Shown: one piece after another, positions 8,211 through 16,562 of the stretch | How positions within the stretch are numbered: the first letter of the stretch is position 1 | Layout of the letters: every line of letters starts with the position of its first letter | DNA from: a virus | Taxonomy: Duplodnaviria > Heunggongvirae > Uroviricota > Caudoviricetes | Direction: 5' to 3' (one strand) | Virus record (IMG/VR): IMGVR_UViG_2909309443_000004 | DNA: 35,146 nt | Notes under the pieces: generated by a model | What the model saw: the letters and a program-made list of their open reading frames with translations, nothing else | Told to the model about the DNA's origin: nothing | Databases searched by the model: none | Translations under genes and position numbers: made by a program

Positions 8211-8523
8211 ATGAGAAAACAGATACAGGCTCTTGGTCGACTCAAAACAGGCCAGATGAACAAAACAGAATCTGCGTATTGCCAGCACCTTGAGCTGCGT
8301 AAACGTGCAGGGGAAATCGCCTGGTATCGATTCACCATCAGTGCCTGCAACACCAGAAGTTCAGGCAGCACCACAGGAGCAGGATGCCGCCGTTGTTGAT
8401 GCCCGCGACGAAGAAACTCGTCGCCGTCGCGCTGCTGCTGGTCGTAGTTCTACGCTGCTTACCGGTTCTCAGGGCGACACATCAACCGCTAATACCAGCG
8501 GTAAAACGCTGCTTGGTCAGTAA
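8211..8523 (+). pseudogene. Probable gene remnant / deletion scar: DUF1064-like N-terminal fragment (8211-~8330) joined out of frame to a Gly/Ser/Arg-rich C-terminal ORF (8290-8523)
   Basis: 8211 ORF begins MRKQIQALGRLKTGQMNKTESAYCQHLELRKRAGEIAWYRF (resembles N-terminus of phage DUF1064 proteins) then loses protein-like sequence; second frame ends ...RRRRAAAGRSSTLLTGSQGDTSTANTSGKTLLGQ; no intact product. Confidence 0.3.
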
Positions 8524-8537
8524 CCGGAGTCATTGAA

Positions 8538-10217
8538 ATGGCGGAAACAACTAAAGAGCGATTGAACAAACAGTTCGCACAACTTGAAAGCGAGCGTCAG
8601 TCGTTCGAGCCGCACTGGCGCGAGTTGAGTGATTACATCAACCCGCGTGGTTCCCGCTTTCTGACTTCTGAGGTCAACCGTAACGATCGACGCAATACAC
8701 GCATTATTGATTCGACCGGGACTATGGCGGCGCGCACTCTCGCCAGCGGCATGATGTCAGGCATCACAAGCCCCGCGCGTCCGTGGTTTCGCCTGGCTAC
8801 GCCAGATCCTGAAATGATGGATTATGGCCCTGTTAAGTTGTGGCTTGAGGCGGTGCAGAACCGCATGAACGATATGTTCAATAAGTCGAATCTCTATCAG
8901 TCGCTGCCGCAGTTATACGGAAGCCTCGGCACATACAGCACTGGCGCAATGGCGGTGCTGGAGGATGACGAGGACATCATTCGTACAATGCCATTCCCGA
9001 TAGGAAGTTACTACCTGGCTAACTCACCTCGTGGCAGTGTGGACACCTGTTTTCGCAAGTTCTCTATGACTGTTCGTCAGCTTGTTCAGGAGTTCGGGCT
9101 AAATAACGTCAGCGAATCCGTAAAAAGCATGTGGGAAAGCGGCACCTACGAGAAGTGGATTGACGTGATGCATTCGGTTTACCCGAACATTGACCGCGAT
9201 ACATCGAAGCTGGATAGCAAGAACAAGCCATTCAAATCGGTTTATTACGAGGTTGGTGGCGATAACGACAAGTTGTTGCGTGAGTCCGGATTTGATGAGT
9301 TTCCAATTATGGCTCCGCGCTGGGAAGTTAACGGCGAAGATGTTTATGGATCATCATGCCCGGGTATGCTGGCGCTTGGAGCTGTTAAGGCATTGCAGCT
9401 TCTCCAGAAGCGCAAGTCGCAGTTGATTGATAAAGCCACCAATCCGCCGATGGTTGCTCCGACTTCCCTCAAGAATCAGCGTGCCTCCCTTCTTCCTGGC
9501 GACATCACGTATATCGATCAGATTACTGGTCAGGATGGTTTCAGGCCTGCTTATCTGGTTAACCCCAGTACAGCAGATTTGGTGGCAGACATTCAGGACA
9601 CTCGTCAAATCATTAACAGCGCCTACTTTGTCGATCTGTTCATGATGTTGCAGAACATCAATACCCGCTCGATGCCTGTTGAAGCGGTGATCGAAATGAA
9701 AGAAGAAAAACTTCTGATGTTGGGGCCGGTTCTGGAGCGTCTGAACGACGAATGTCTTAACCCTCTCATTGACCGCGCTTTCTCGATGATGGTGCGTAAA
9801 AACATGCTGCCGCCACCGCCTGACGCGATGGAAGGTATGCCCCTGAAGGTCGAATACATTTCCGTCATGGCTCAGGCGCAGAAGTCTATCGGCCTGTCCA
9901 GTCTGGCGTCCACGGTTAACTTCATTGGTCAACTTGCGCAAGCGAAACCAGAAGCTCTCGACAAACTCAACGTTGATCAGGCGATCGATGCATTCGCTGA
10001 TATGTCCGGAGTGTCTCCAACCGTCATTGTTCCGCAGGAACAGGTTGAGCAGGCTCGCCAGCAACGGGCACAGCAACAACAGCAGCAACAAATGATGGCG
10101 ATGGGGATGGCGGCGGCACAGGGTGCCAAGACGCTAAGCGAAGCTAAAACTTCGGATCCGAGTGTTTTGTCAGCTATGGCGAATGCAGTTAGTGGTCAGG
10201 GTGGGCAATCACAATGA
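8538..10217 (+). CDS. Portal (head-to-tail connector) protein, T7 gp8-like
   Basis: 559-aa ORF at head of structural module; Gln-rich/Met-Ala-rich C-terminus (QQRAQQQQQQQMMAMGMAAAQGA...) as in T7 gp8; followed by scaffold and capsid genes. Confidence 0.8.
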   Translation: MAETTKERLNKQFAQLESERQSFEPHWRELSDYINPRGSRFLTSEVNRNDRRNTRIIDSTGTMAARTLASGMMSGITSPARPWFRLATPDPEMMDYGPVKLWLEAVQNRMNDMFNKSNLYQSLPQLYGSLGTYSTGAMAVLEDDEDIIRTMPFPIGSYYLANSPRGSVDTCFRKFSMTVRQLVQEFGLNNVSESVKSMWESGTYEKWIDVMHSVYPNIDRDTSKLDSKNKPFKSVYYEVGGDNDKLLRESGFDEFPIMAPRWEVNGEDVYGSSCPGMLALGAVKALQLLQKRKSQLIDKATNPPMVAPTSLKNQRASLLPGDITYIDQITGQDGFRPAYLVNPSTADLVADIQDTRQIINSAYFVDLFMMLQNINTRSMPVEAVIEMKEEKLLMLGPVLERLNDECLNPLIDRAFSMMVRKNMLPPPPDAMEGMPLKVEYISVMAQAQKSIGLSSLASTVNFIGQLAQAKPEALDKLNVDQAIDAFADMSGVSPTVIVPQEQVEQARQQRAQQQQQQQMMAMGMAAAQGAKTLSEAKTSDPSVLSAMANAVSGQGGQSQ

Positions 10218-10510
10218 CAGATTACGAAGATGATCAACTGAAAGAAGAAAACGCCCGTAAGCAACGTGACATGGCACAGCGTGAAATTGATGACATTCGC
10301 TTTGTCATGAGCAGTGAACAGGGGCGTCGCGTTGTCTGGTCGGTGCTGGAGAAAGGCCGTGTGTTTTCCGCTATCTCACCGATGGACGCTATGGCAATGG
10401 CATTTAATGAGGGGCAACGCAATCTGGCGCTGGAACTGTTTCAGCGCGTTATGGCGCATTGCCCTGAACAGTATTTGAAGATGGCCAAAGAGGCCAGTGA
10501 ACAGGAGTGA
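10214..10510 (+). CDS. Hypothetical head-assembly protein
   Basis: 98-aa ORF, ATG overlaps portal stop (ATGA); between portal and scaffold. Confidence 0.5.
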   Translation: MTDYEDDQLKEENARKQRDMAQREIDDIRFVMSSEQGRRVVWSVLEKGRVFSAISPMDAMAMAFNEGQRNLALELFQRVMAHCPEQYLKMAKEASEQE

Positions 10511-10512
10511 TC

Positions 10513-11208
10513 ATGAATTTATTTGAGCGTTTGCTGTATCGCCGTCTTTGCAATGAGCAACCAGTCGATGGTGGAGCAGCTCCGGCTGCGTCAGAACCGT
10601 CAGCGCCTGCAGGTGATAACCCTGCTCCAGTTGGTGATCCATCACAATCGGAAGGTGATAAGCCACAACCTGTTGCTGATGGCGATAAACCTGCTGATGA
10701 CAAAAAGCCTGAAAGCGATAAGCAGGGTGAAAAAAAGGACGGCGATAAACCGGATGGTGCGCCGGAGAAGTACGAGTTTCAGGCTGCCGAAGGCGTAGAG
10801 CTGGATACAGAAGCGTTAAAGGAATTCGAGCCGGTGGCGCGAGAACTAAACCTGACCAACGAGCAAGCGCAAAAGCTGGTTGATGCTTATCCGAAGATTC
10901 TGGCAGGTGTTCAGCAGCGCCAGGCAGAAGCCTGGCAGAAAACAACCGAGCAGTGGGCTGCGGATGTAAAAGCTGACAAAGAAATCGGTGGCGACAAGTT
11001 GATTTCTAACCTTAGCTCCGCACAGCGTGCGCTTGACCAGTTCGGGACACCTGAACTCAAAGAATATCTGAACACCACCGGGCTGGGTAATCACCCTGAT
11101 CTGGTCAAAACGTTCGTGAAAATCGGAAAGGCGATGTCTGAAGATGGCATGGTCACCGGTGGTAATGAAGGCCAGCGTAGTGCGGCCGAAGTGCTCTATG
11201 GCAAATAA
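10513..11208 (+). CDS. Scaffolding protein (acidic, low-complexity N-terminus)
   Basis: Track ORF 10507..11208; ATG 10513 follows AGGAG; Asp/Lys/Pro-rich repeats (GDKPQPVADGDKPADDKKPESDKQGEKKDGDKPDG) then helical C-terminus; position between portal and capsid. Confidence 0.65.
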   Translation: MNLFERLLYRRLCNEQPVDGGAAPAASEPSAPAGDNPAPVGDPSQSEGDKPQPVADGDKPADDKKPESDKQGEKKDGDKPDGAPEKYEFQAAEGVELDTEALKEFEPVARELNLTNEQAQKLVDAYPKILAGVQQRQAEAWQKTTEQWAADVKADKEIGGDKLISNLSSAQRALDQFGTPELKEYLNTTGLGNHPDLVKTFVKIGKAMSEDGMVTGGNEGQRSAAEVLYGK

Positions 11209-12085
11209 GAGAGGAGATAACAATGGCTGTTAAAGGCTTAACTGCGCTAACGCTGGCTGACTGGGGTAAGCGCGTCGATCCAAATGGGAAAGTCGATAAG
11301 ATTATCGAGCTTCTCAATCAAACTAACCCAATTCTTCAGGATATGCCTTTTGTTGAAGGAAACCTTCCTACCGGACACCGAACCACCATTCGTTCTGGTT
11401 TACCTTCTGCTACCTGGCGTTTGCTGAACTATGGCGTACAGCCAAGCAAATCAACCACAGTGCAGGTCACCGATTCCATTGGCATGCTGGAAACCTATGC
11501 TGAAGTCGATAAGTCTCTGGCTGATCTGAACGGTAATACTGCCGAATTCCGTCTGTCTGAAGACCGAGCATTTATTGAAGCGATGAATCAGGCGATGGCG
11601 CAGACACTGTTTTACGGTGATTCCAGCGTTAACCCTCAGCAGTTTATGGGACTGTCCTCCCGCTATTCCAGCCTGTCTGCGGGTAATGCTCAGAACATCA
11701 TTGATGCTGGTGGCACGGGTACAGATAACACTTCAATCTGGTTAGTGGTGTGGGGCGAAAACACCGTGCATGGCATCTTCCCGAAAGGACAGAAGGCTGG
11801 CATTCAGATGGAAGATAAAGGCCAGGTGACACTGGAAGATGCTAATGGCGGCAAGTACGAAGGTTATCGTACCCATTATAAGTGGGACAACGGGCTGACA
11901 TTACGTGACTGGCGCTATGTAGTTCGTATCGCAAACATCGATGTCAGCAATCTTTCAGAACCTTCCTCTGCCGCAAATATTGCGAAGTTGATGGTTAAAG
12001 GTAAGCGTAAACTGACCGCCGTATGTAGCCATCAGACGAGAATTGGTAACTTAGACGCCCATCTGATATAGACGGACATCTAAGT

Positions 12086-12511
12086 ATGGAATTACAGGAC
12101 TGGCGAAAAGAACCTCGTAAAAACTATTCGAATGAATTCAAACTTCGTATGGTGGAACTGGCATCACAACCTGGAGCTTGTGTTGCACAGATTGCACGTG
12201 AAAATGGCGTCAATGATAATGTTATTTTCAAATGGCTCAGGCTCTGGCAGAACGAAGGGCGTGTTTCGCGGCGTCTTCCGGTAACGACCTCTTCTGACAC
12301 TGGCGTTGAATTATTACCTGTAGAAATAACGCCGGATGAGCAGAAAGAACCTGTGGCGGCCATTGCGCCGTCTTTATCCACTTCCACTCAGACCAGAGTC
12401 AGTGCCAGTTCCTGCAAGGTGGAATTCCGTCACGGTAACATGACGCTGGAAAATCCATCGCCAGAGCTGCTCACAGTGTTGATCCGTGAACTGACCGGGA
12501 GGGGAAGATGA
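12086..12511 (+). CDS. IS66-family accessory protein TnpA (orfA)
   Basis: 141-aa ORF, HTH-like N-terminus (SNEFKLRMVELASQPGACVAQIARENGVNDNVIFKWLRLW); first ORF of IS66-type element. Confidence 0.8.
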   Translation: MELQDWRKEPRKNYSNEFKLRMVELASQPGACVAQIARENGVNDNVIFKWLRLWQNEGRVSRRLPVTTSSDTGVELLPVEITPDEQKEPVAAIAPSLSTSTQTRVSASSCKVEFRHGNMTLENPSPELLTVLIRELTGRGR

Positions 12512-12858
12512 TCTCACTCCCATCAGGTACCCGTATCTGGCTCGTTGCCGGCGTTACCGATATGCGTAAATCCTTCAACGGACTGGGAGAACAGGTACAA
12601 CATGTGCTGAATGATAATCCCTTCTCCGGTCACCTGTTTATCTTCCGTGGCCGACGGGGTGACACCGTCAAAATTCTTTGGGCTGATGCTGATGGTCTGT
12701 GCCTGTTCACCAAACGCCTGGAGGAAGGCCAGTTTATCTGGCCTGCGGTACGTGACGGCAAGGTATCCATTACCCGCTCGCAACTGGCAATGCTCCTCGA
12801 TAAGCTGGACTGGCGTCAGCCAAAAACATCCAGCCGTAACTCACTGACAATGTTGTAA
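12508..12858 (+). CDS. IS66-family accessory protein TnpB (orfB)
   Basis: 116-aa ORF MISLPSGTRIWLVAGVTDMRKSFNGL..., overlapping orfA stop (ATGA), typical IS66 Orf2. Confidence 0.8.
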   Translation: MISLPSGTRIWLVAGVTDMRKSFNGLGEQVQHVLNDNPFSGHLFIFRGRRGDTVKILWADADGLCLFTKRLEEGQFIWPAVRDGKVSITRSQLAMLLDKLDWRQPKTSSRNSLTML

Positions 12859-12888
12859 AAAACTCCTGACCGCATTATAAAAACGGTC

Positions 12889-14502
12889 ATGAGTCAGAAA
12901 TACCTCATTCGCATCGCAGAGCTGGAAAGGTTGCTCTCTGAGCAGGCTGAAGCCCTCCGTCAGAAAGACCAGCAACTGAGTCTGGTTGAAGAGACGGAAG
13001 CCTTCCTGCGCTCTGCACTGACACGTGCCGAAGAAAAGATCGAAGAAGATGAACGGGAAATAGAACATCTGCGGGCTCAGATAGAAAAACTGCGCCGGAT
13101 GCTGTTCGGTACCCGTTCTGAAAAACTGCGTCGTGAAGTTGAACTGGCTGAGGCTCTGCTGAAACAACGTGAACAGGACAGCGATCGTTACAGTGGGCGG
13201 GAAGACGATCCTCAGGTTCCCCGCCAGTTGCGACAGTCGCGCCATCGTCGTCCGTTACCGGCACACCTTCCCCGTGAAATACACCGCCTGGAGCCAGAAG
13301 AAAGCTGTTGCCCGGAGTGTGGCGGTGAGCTGGATTATCTGGGGGAAGTCAGCGCTGAACAGCTGGAACTGGTGAGCAGTGCCCTGAAAGTGATCCGCAC
13401 AGAACGGGTAAAAAAAGCCTGTACAAAATGTGACTGTATTGTTGAAGCACCGGCGCCGTCCCGCCCGATAGAGCGTGGTATCGCGGGCCCCGGATTACTT
13501 GCCCGCGTGTTAACGGGAAAATACTGCGAACATCTGCCACTGTATCGTCAGAGTGAAATCTTTGCCCGCCAGGGTGTCGAACTGAGCCGGGCCTTACTCT
13601 CCAACTGGGTTGACGCGTGCTGCCAGTTAATGACACCGGTGAATGATGCCCTGTACCGTTATGTAATGAACACCCGCAAGATTCACACTGATGACACACC
13701 GGTAAAGGTACTGGCACCGGGTCAGAAAAAGGCGAAAACAGGGCGTATCTGGACGTATGTCCGGGATGATCGCAATGTGGGTTCGTCATCTCCTCCAGCG
13801 GTCTGGTTCGCGTACTCGCCGAACCGGCAGGGGAAACACCCGGAGCAACACCTCCGCCCCTTCCGGGGTATCCTGCAGGCGGATGCGTTCACAGGTTACG
13901 ACAGGTTGTTCAGTGCAGAACGTGAAGGTGGTGCACTGACAGAAGTTGCGTGCTGGGCCCATGCCCGGCGAAAAATCCACGATGTATACATCAGCAGCAA
14001 AAGTGCGACGGCAGAAGAAGCACTGAAGCGAATCAGTGAACTGTACGCCATCGAGGATGAAATACGGGGATTACCGGAGTCAGAGCGTCTTGCCGTCAGG
14101 CAGCAGCGAAGCAAAGTGTTACTGACGTCGCTGCATGAATGGATGGTGGAGAAGAATGGTACGCTGTCGAAAAAATCCAGACTGGGCGAAGCGTTCAGCT
14201 ATGTACTGAATCAGTGGGATGCCCTCTGTTATTACAGTGATGACGGTCTGGCGGAGGCGGATAATAATGCTGCGGAAAGAGCGCTTCGTGCAGTCTGTCT
14301 CGGAAAGAAAAACTTTATGTTCTTTGGCAGCGATCACGGCGGCGAGCGTGGAGCACTGTTGTACGGGCTGATCGGCACCTGCCGTCTGAACGGTATCGAT
14401 CCGGAAGCGTATCTGCGCCATATCCTGAGCGTACTGCCGGAATGGCCTTCCAACCGAGTTGATGAACTCCTGCCATGGAACGTAGTACTCACCAATAAAT
14501 AA
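12889..14502 (+). CDS. IS66-family transposase (orfC)
   Basis: 537-aa ORF with N-terminal coiled coil/leucine zipper, CxxC zinc motifs (CCPECGGEL...CTKCDC) and DDE-type core. Confidence 0.85.
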   Translation: MSQKYLIRIAELERLLSEQAEALRQKDQQLSLVEETEAFLRSALTRAEEKIEEDEREIEHLRAQIEKLRRMLFGTRSEKLRREVELAEALLKQREQDSDRYSGREDDPQVPRQLRQSRHRRPLPAHLPREIHRLEPEESCCPECGGELDYLGEVSAEQLELVSSALKVIRTERVKKACTKCDCIVEAPAPSRPIERGIAGPGLLARVLTGKYCEHLPLYRQSEIFARQGVELSRALLSNWVDACCQLMTPVNDALYRYVMNTRKIHTDDTPVKVLAPGQKKAKTGRIWTYVRDDRNVGSSSPPAVWFAYSPNRQGKHPEQHLRPFRGILQADAFTGYDRLFSAEREGGALTEVACWAHARRKIHDVYISSKSATAEEALKRISELYAIEDEIRGLPESERLAVRQQRSKVLLTSLHEWMVEKNGTLSKKSRLGEAFSYVLNQWDALCYYSDDGLAEADNNAAERALRAVCLGKKNFMFFGSDHGGERGALLYGLIGTCRLNGIDPEAYLRHILSVLPEWPSNRVDELLPWNVVLTNK

Positions 14503-14799
14503 GCGTCAATACGGTGCTCCGTTGACGCTTACGTTAAAGCACTGCATCGCATTCCAAACCGTGGCATGGGTCGCCCGGTGTTCTACATGAACCGCACTGT
14601 AGGCCAGGCTCTTGATCTGCAATCTCTGGAGAAAACATCTCTGGCTATCAGCGTAAAAGAGACTGAAGGCGAGTGGTGGACTTCATTCCGTGGTGTACCA
14701 ATCCGTGAAACTGATGCGCTTCTGGAAACAGAAGCCCGCGTGGTGTAACGCCTGTTATTAACCTGTGGGTCGTAACAGACCCACTAATGGAGAAAGAAG

Positions 14800-15237
14800 A
14801 TGATCACCGACAAACTGTTGATGTTCTCCGAAGCACAGGCGGTAACTGATACCGCGGCTTCTACTGACGTAATCGATCTCGGTCCAATTGACGGAAACCG
14901 TCGCGATATCGGTGTGGGTTACCCGCTTGAGTTTTGGGTGCTGGTTAACGAAGCCGCCACGGCAAGTGGTGAGGCAACTGTAAACATCCAGTTGCAGACG
15001 AGTGAGAATAACAGCTCATGGTCCACTATTTATGATAGTGGCGCACTGGCAAAGGCTACCCTGACAGCAGGTAAACGAGTTGTTTCTGCAAAGGTTCCTT
15101 CCGGTGTTCAGCGATATCTGCGTGTTAACTACTCCGTCGCGACTGGCCCACTAACGGCCTGCAAATTCACTGCTGGTATCAATCTTGATGTTGATGCCAA
15201 TACGCCGTATCCGATCCGCTCAAAAGTAACTGGTTAA
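14800..15237 (+). CDS. Virion structural protein (possible capsid decoration/accessory protein)
   Basis: 145-aa ORF directly after capsid gene with GGAG RBS; beta-rich composition; function inferred from position only. Confidence 0.45.
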   Translation: MITDKLLMFSEAQAVTDTAASTDVIDLGPIDGNRRDIGVGYPLEFWVLVNEAATASGEATVNIQLQTSENNSSWSTIYDSGALAKATLTAGKRVVSAKVPSGVQRYLRVNYSVATGPLTACKFTAGINLDVDANTPYPIRSKVTG

Positions 15238-15238
15238 G

Positions 15239-15583
15239 GTGATATCGATGTCAGGTGAGAAACCAAGATACCGCGTTCTGCGCCTCTCTCATATCCATAA
15301 CACTCTGTGGCCGGAGGGGGCAGAAATCGAATACGAAGGTGAGCCTGGTAGCGCACTGGAACCTGTTAACGATGCAGCCAGACAGGCAAAAGCAAAAGTT
15401 GCAGGAAAGGTGTCAATGGCAGCAACCAGCACCAAAATCATCAACGATGTGTCAGATGATGGTGAACTGGATAAGCTCCGTGAAGAGTACGAATTGCTCT
15501 TTAACGAGAAGCCACACCATAACGCCAAAGCAGAAACGCTCCGCGAGAAGATCGCAAATAAGCGTAAAGAACTGGGCGTGTAA
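15239..15583 (+). CDS. Hypothetical structural-module protein
   Basis: 114-aa ORF (GTG 15239 or ATG 15248), charged/helical C-terminus; followed by terminator. Confidence 0.45.
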   Translation: MISMSGEKPRYRVLRLSHIHNTLWPEGAEIEYEGEPGSALEPVNDAARQAKAKVAGKVSMAATSTKIINDVSDDGELDKLREEYELLFNEKPHHNAKAETLREKIANKRKELGV

Positions 15584-15600
15584 GCCTCGCGAATCAGACA

Positions 15601-15622
15601 AGGGGCTTCGGCCCCTTTATTG
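15601..15622 (+). terminator. Rho-independent terminator (UUCG tetraloop hairpin)
   Basis: AGGGGC-ttcg-GCCCCT followed by TTTATT. Confidence 0.55.
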
Positions 15623-15633
15623 CAGGAGTGTAT

Positions 15634-15957
15634 ATGGAACTCGTAAACCTCAAAACCGGCACTGACAGCTACCAGGATGAGAGCGGAGAAACCAGAACTC
15701 GCGATGAATACCCGTGGGGGCTGTGCATCACTCTTAATAACGACACATTGAATAAGCTGAAGGCGCAACCTAAGGGCGTCGGAACAGAAGTGATGATAAC
15801 TGCAAAGGCTGTTATTCGAGGCCTGTCTGCCAGAGAAACTGACGATGGCGTTAATCGCAGCGCCGATCTGCAGATCACTGATATGGCGATCGCTCCTGTT
15901 TCCGGGGATGTAGAAAAATCAGCGGCTGAAACTCTGTACGGTAACGGAGGTGAGTGA
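15634..15957 (+). CDS. Hypothetical structural-module protein
   Basis: Track ORF 15628..15957; ATG 15634 is 6 nt after AGGAG; 107 aa. Confidence 0.45.
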   Translation: MELVNLKTGTDSYQDESGETRTRDEYPWGLCITLNNDTLNKLKAQPKGVGTEVMITAKAVIRGLSARETDDGVNRSADLQITDMAIAPVSGDVEKSAAETLYGNGGE

Positions 15958-16562
15958 TGGCCTCTGTAGTAGAGATCTGTAATCGCGCGCTGTCCAATAT
16001 TGGCAACAGCCGCAGCATTAACAGCCTGACGGAAGCCAGCAAGGAAGCGGGGGAATGTTCGCTGCACTTTGAGGCCTGCCGTGATGCTGTGCTTTCTGAT
16101 TTTGACTGGAACTTTGCTACCAAACGCGTGGCGCTTGCAGATACGAGCAATCCACCGCCTGACTGGGAATATGCGTACCAGTACCCGTCAGATTGTCTGC
16201 GCATTACTGAAATTATGCTTCCTGGTGTACGCAATCCAACAGCAGCAATGCGCGTTCAGTACGAAGTTGGTGCAGACACCAACGGAACAGGAAAGTTGAT
16301 CTACACAGACCAGCCTCAGGCATGGCTCAAGTATGTCTCTCGCGTTACAGATGTGAACATGTTTGATGCCATTTTTATGGAGGCGTTGGCCTGGCGTCTT
16401 GCGGCAGCTATTAACATGGCGCTGACTGGGAATGCAGACCTCGGTACGTTTGCCCTCAATATGTACAATCGCGTGATTCTTAGTGCTGGCTCGCATAGCC
16501 AGAATGAATCACAGGAACCACAGCCACCGGTTGATGAGTTTACCATTGCGAGGTTGTCCTGA
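15957..16562 (+). CDS. Tail tubular protein A / adaptor (T7 gp11-like)
   Basis: ~201 aa; ATG overlaps upstream stop; N-terminal ...EICNRALSNIGNSRSINSLTEAS... resembles gp11 N-terminus pattern; immediately precedes gp12-like gene. Confidence 0.5.
   Translation: MASVVEICNRALSNIGNSRSINSLTEASKEAGECSLHFEACRDAVLSDFDWNFATKRVALADTSNPPPDWEYAYQYPSDCLRITEIMLPGVRNPTAAMRVQYEVGADTNGTGKLIYTDQPQAWLKYVSRVTDVNMFDAIFMEALAWRLAAAINMALTGNADLGTFALNMYNRVILSAGSHSQNESQEPQPPVDEFTIARLS

Larger units (their letters stand above)
12001..14532 (+). mobile_element. IS66-family insertion sequence (~2.53 kb) with three ORFs
   Basis: Imperfect terminal inverted repeats GTAAGCGTAAACTGACCGCCGTAT (left) / GTAAGCGTCAACGGAGCACCGTAT (right, reverse complement); 7-bp flanking direct repeat GTTAAAG; orfA-orfB-orfC organisation. 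Confidence 0.85.
11223..14748 (+). pseudogene. Major capsid protein gene interrupted by IS66-family insertion (5' part 11223-12000, 3' part 14533-14748)
   Basis: ORF 11223.. runs into IS left end and terminates in IS-derived codons at 12071; 3' ORF 14566..14748 is in the same frame as the 5' part once 12001..14532 is removed; flanking GTTAAAG direct repeat. Confidence 0.8.

Noticed and set aside
8290-8523. 77-aa ORF as an independent small virion protein gene upstream of the portal
   Set aside because: Uses a TTG start inside the preceding ORF with no RBS; more parsimonious as the 3' remnant of a partly deleted gene, though a real small protein cannot be excluded
9354-10091. 245-aa minus-strand ORF inside the portal gene
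   Set aside because: Entirely antisense to a well-supported structural gene; His/Arg-rich low-complexity translation typical of a spurious frame
10058-10100. CAG/CAA trinucleotide run in the portal gene as a slippage-prone simple repeat
   Set aside because: Encodes a poly-Gln tract also seen in related portal C-termini; no evidence it is a regulatory switch
12841-13789. Minus-strand ORFs (134, 119 and 146 aa) inside the IS66 element
   Set aside because: IS66 elements encode orfA/B/C on one strand; these antisense frames overlap the transposase and have Arg/Pro/Ser-rich composition typical of GC-rich antisense artefacts
11993-14540. 8-bp target-site duplication expected for IS66
   Set aside because: Only 7 bp (GTTAAAG) match perfectly on both sides; the eighth base differs, so I report a 7-bp repeat rather than asserting a canonical 8-bp duplication
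14760-14790. Hairpin GTGGGTC-gtaaca-GACCCAC after the capsid gene as a terminator
   Set aside because: No T-run follows the stem; may be an RNA structure or attenuator but does not meet intrinsic terminator criteria
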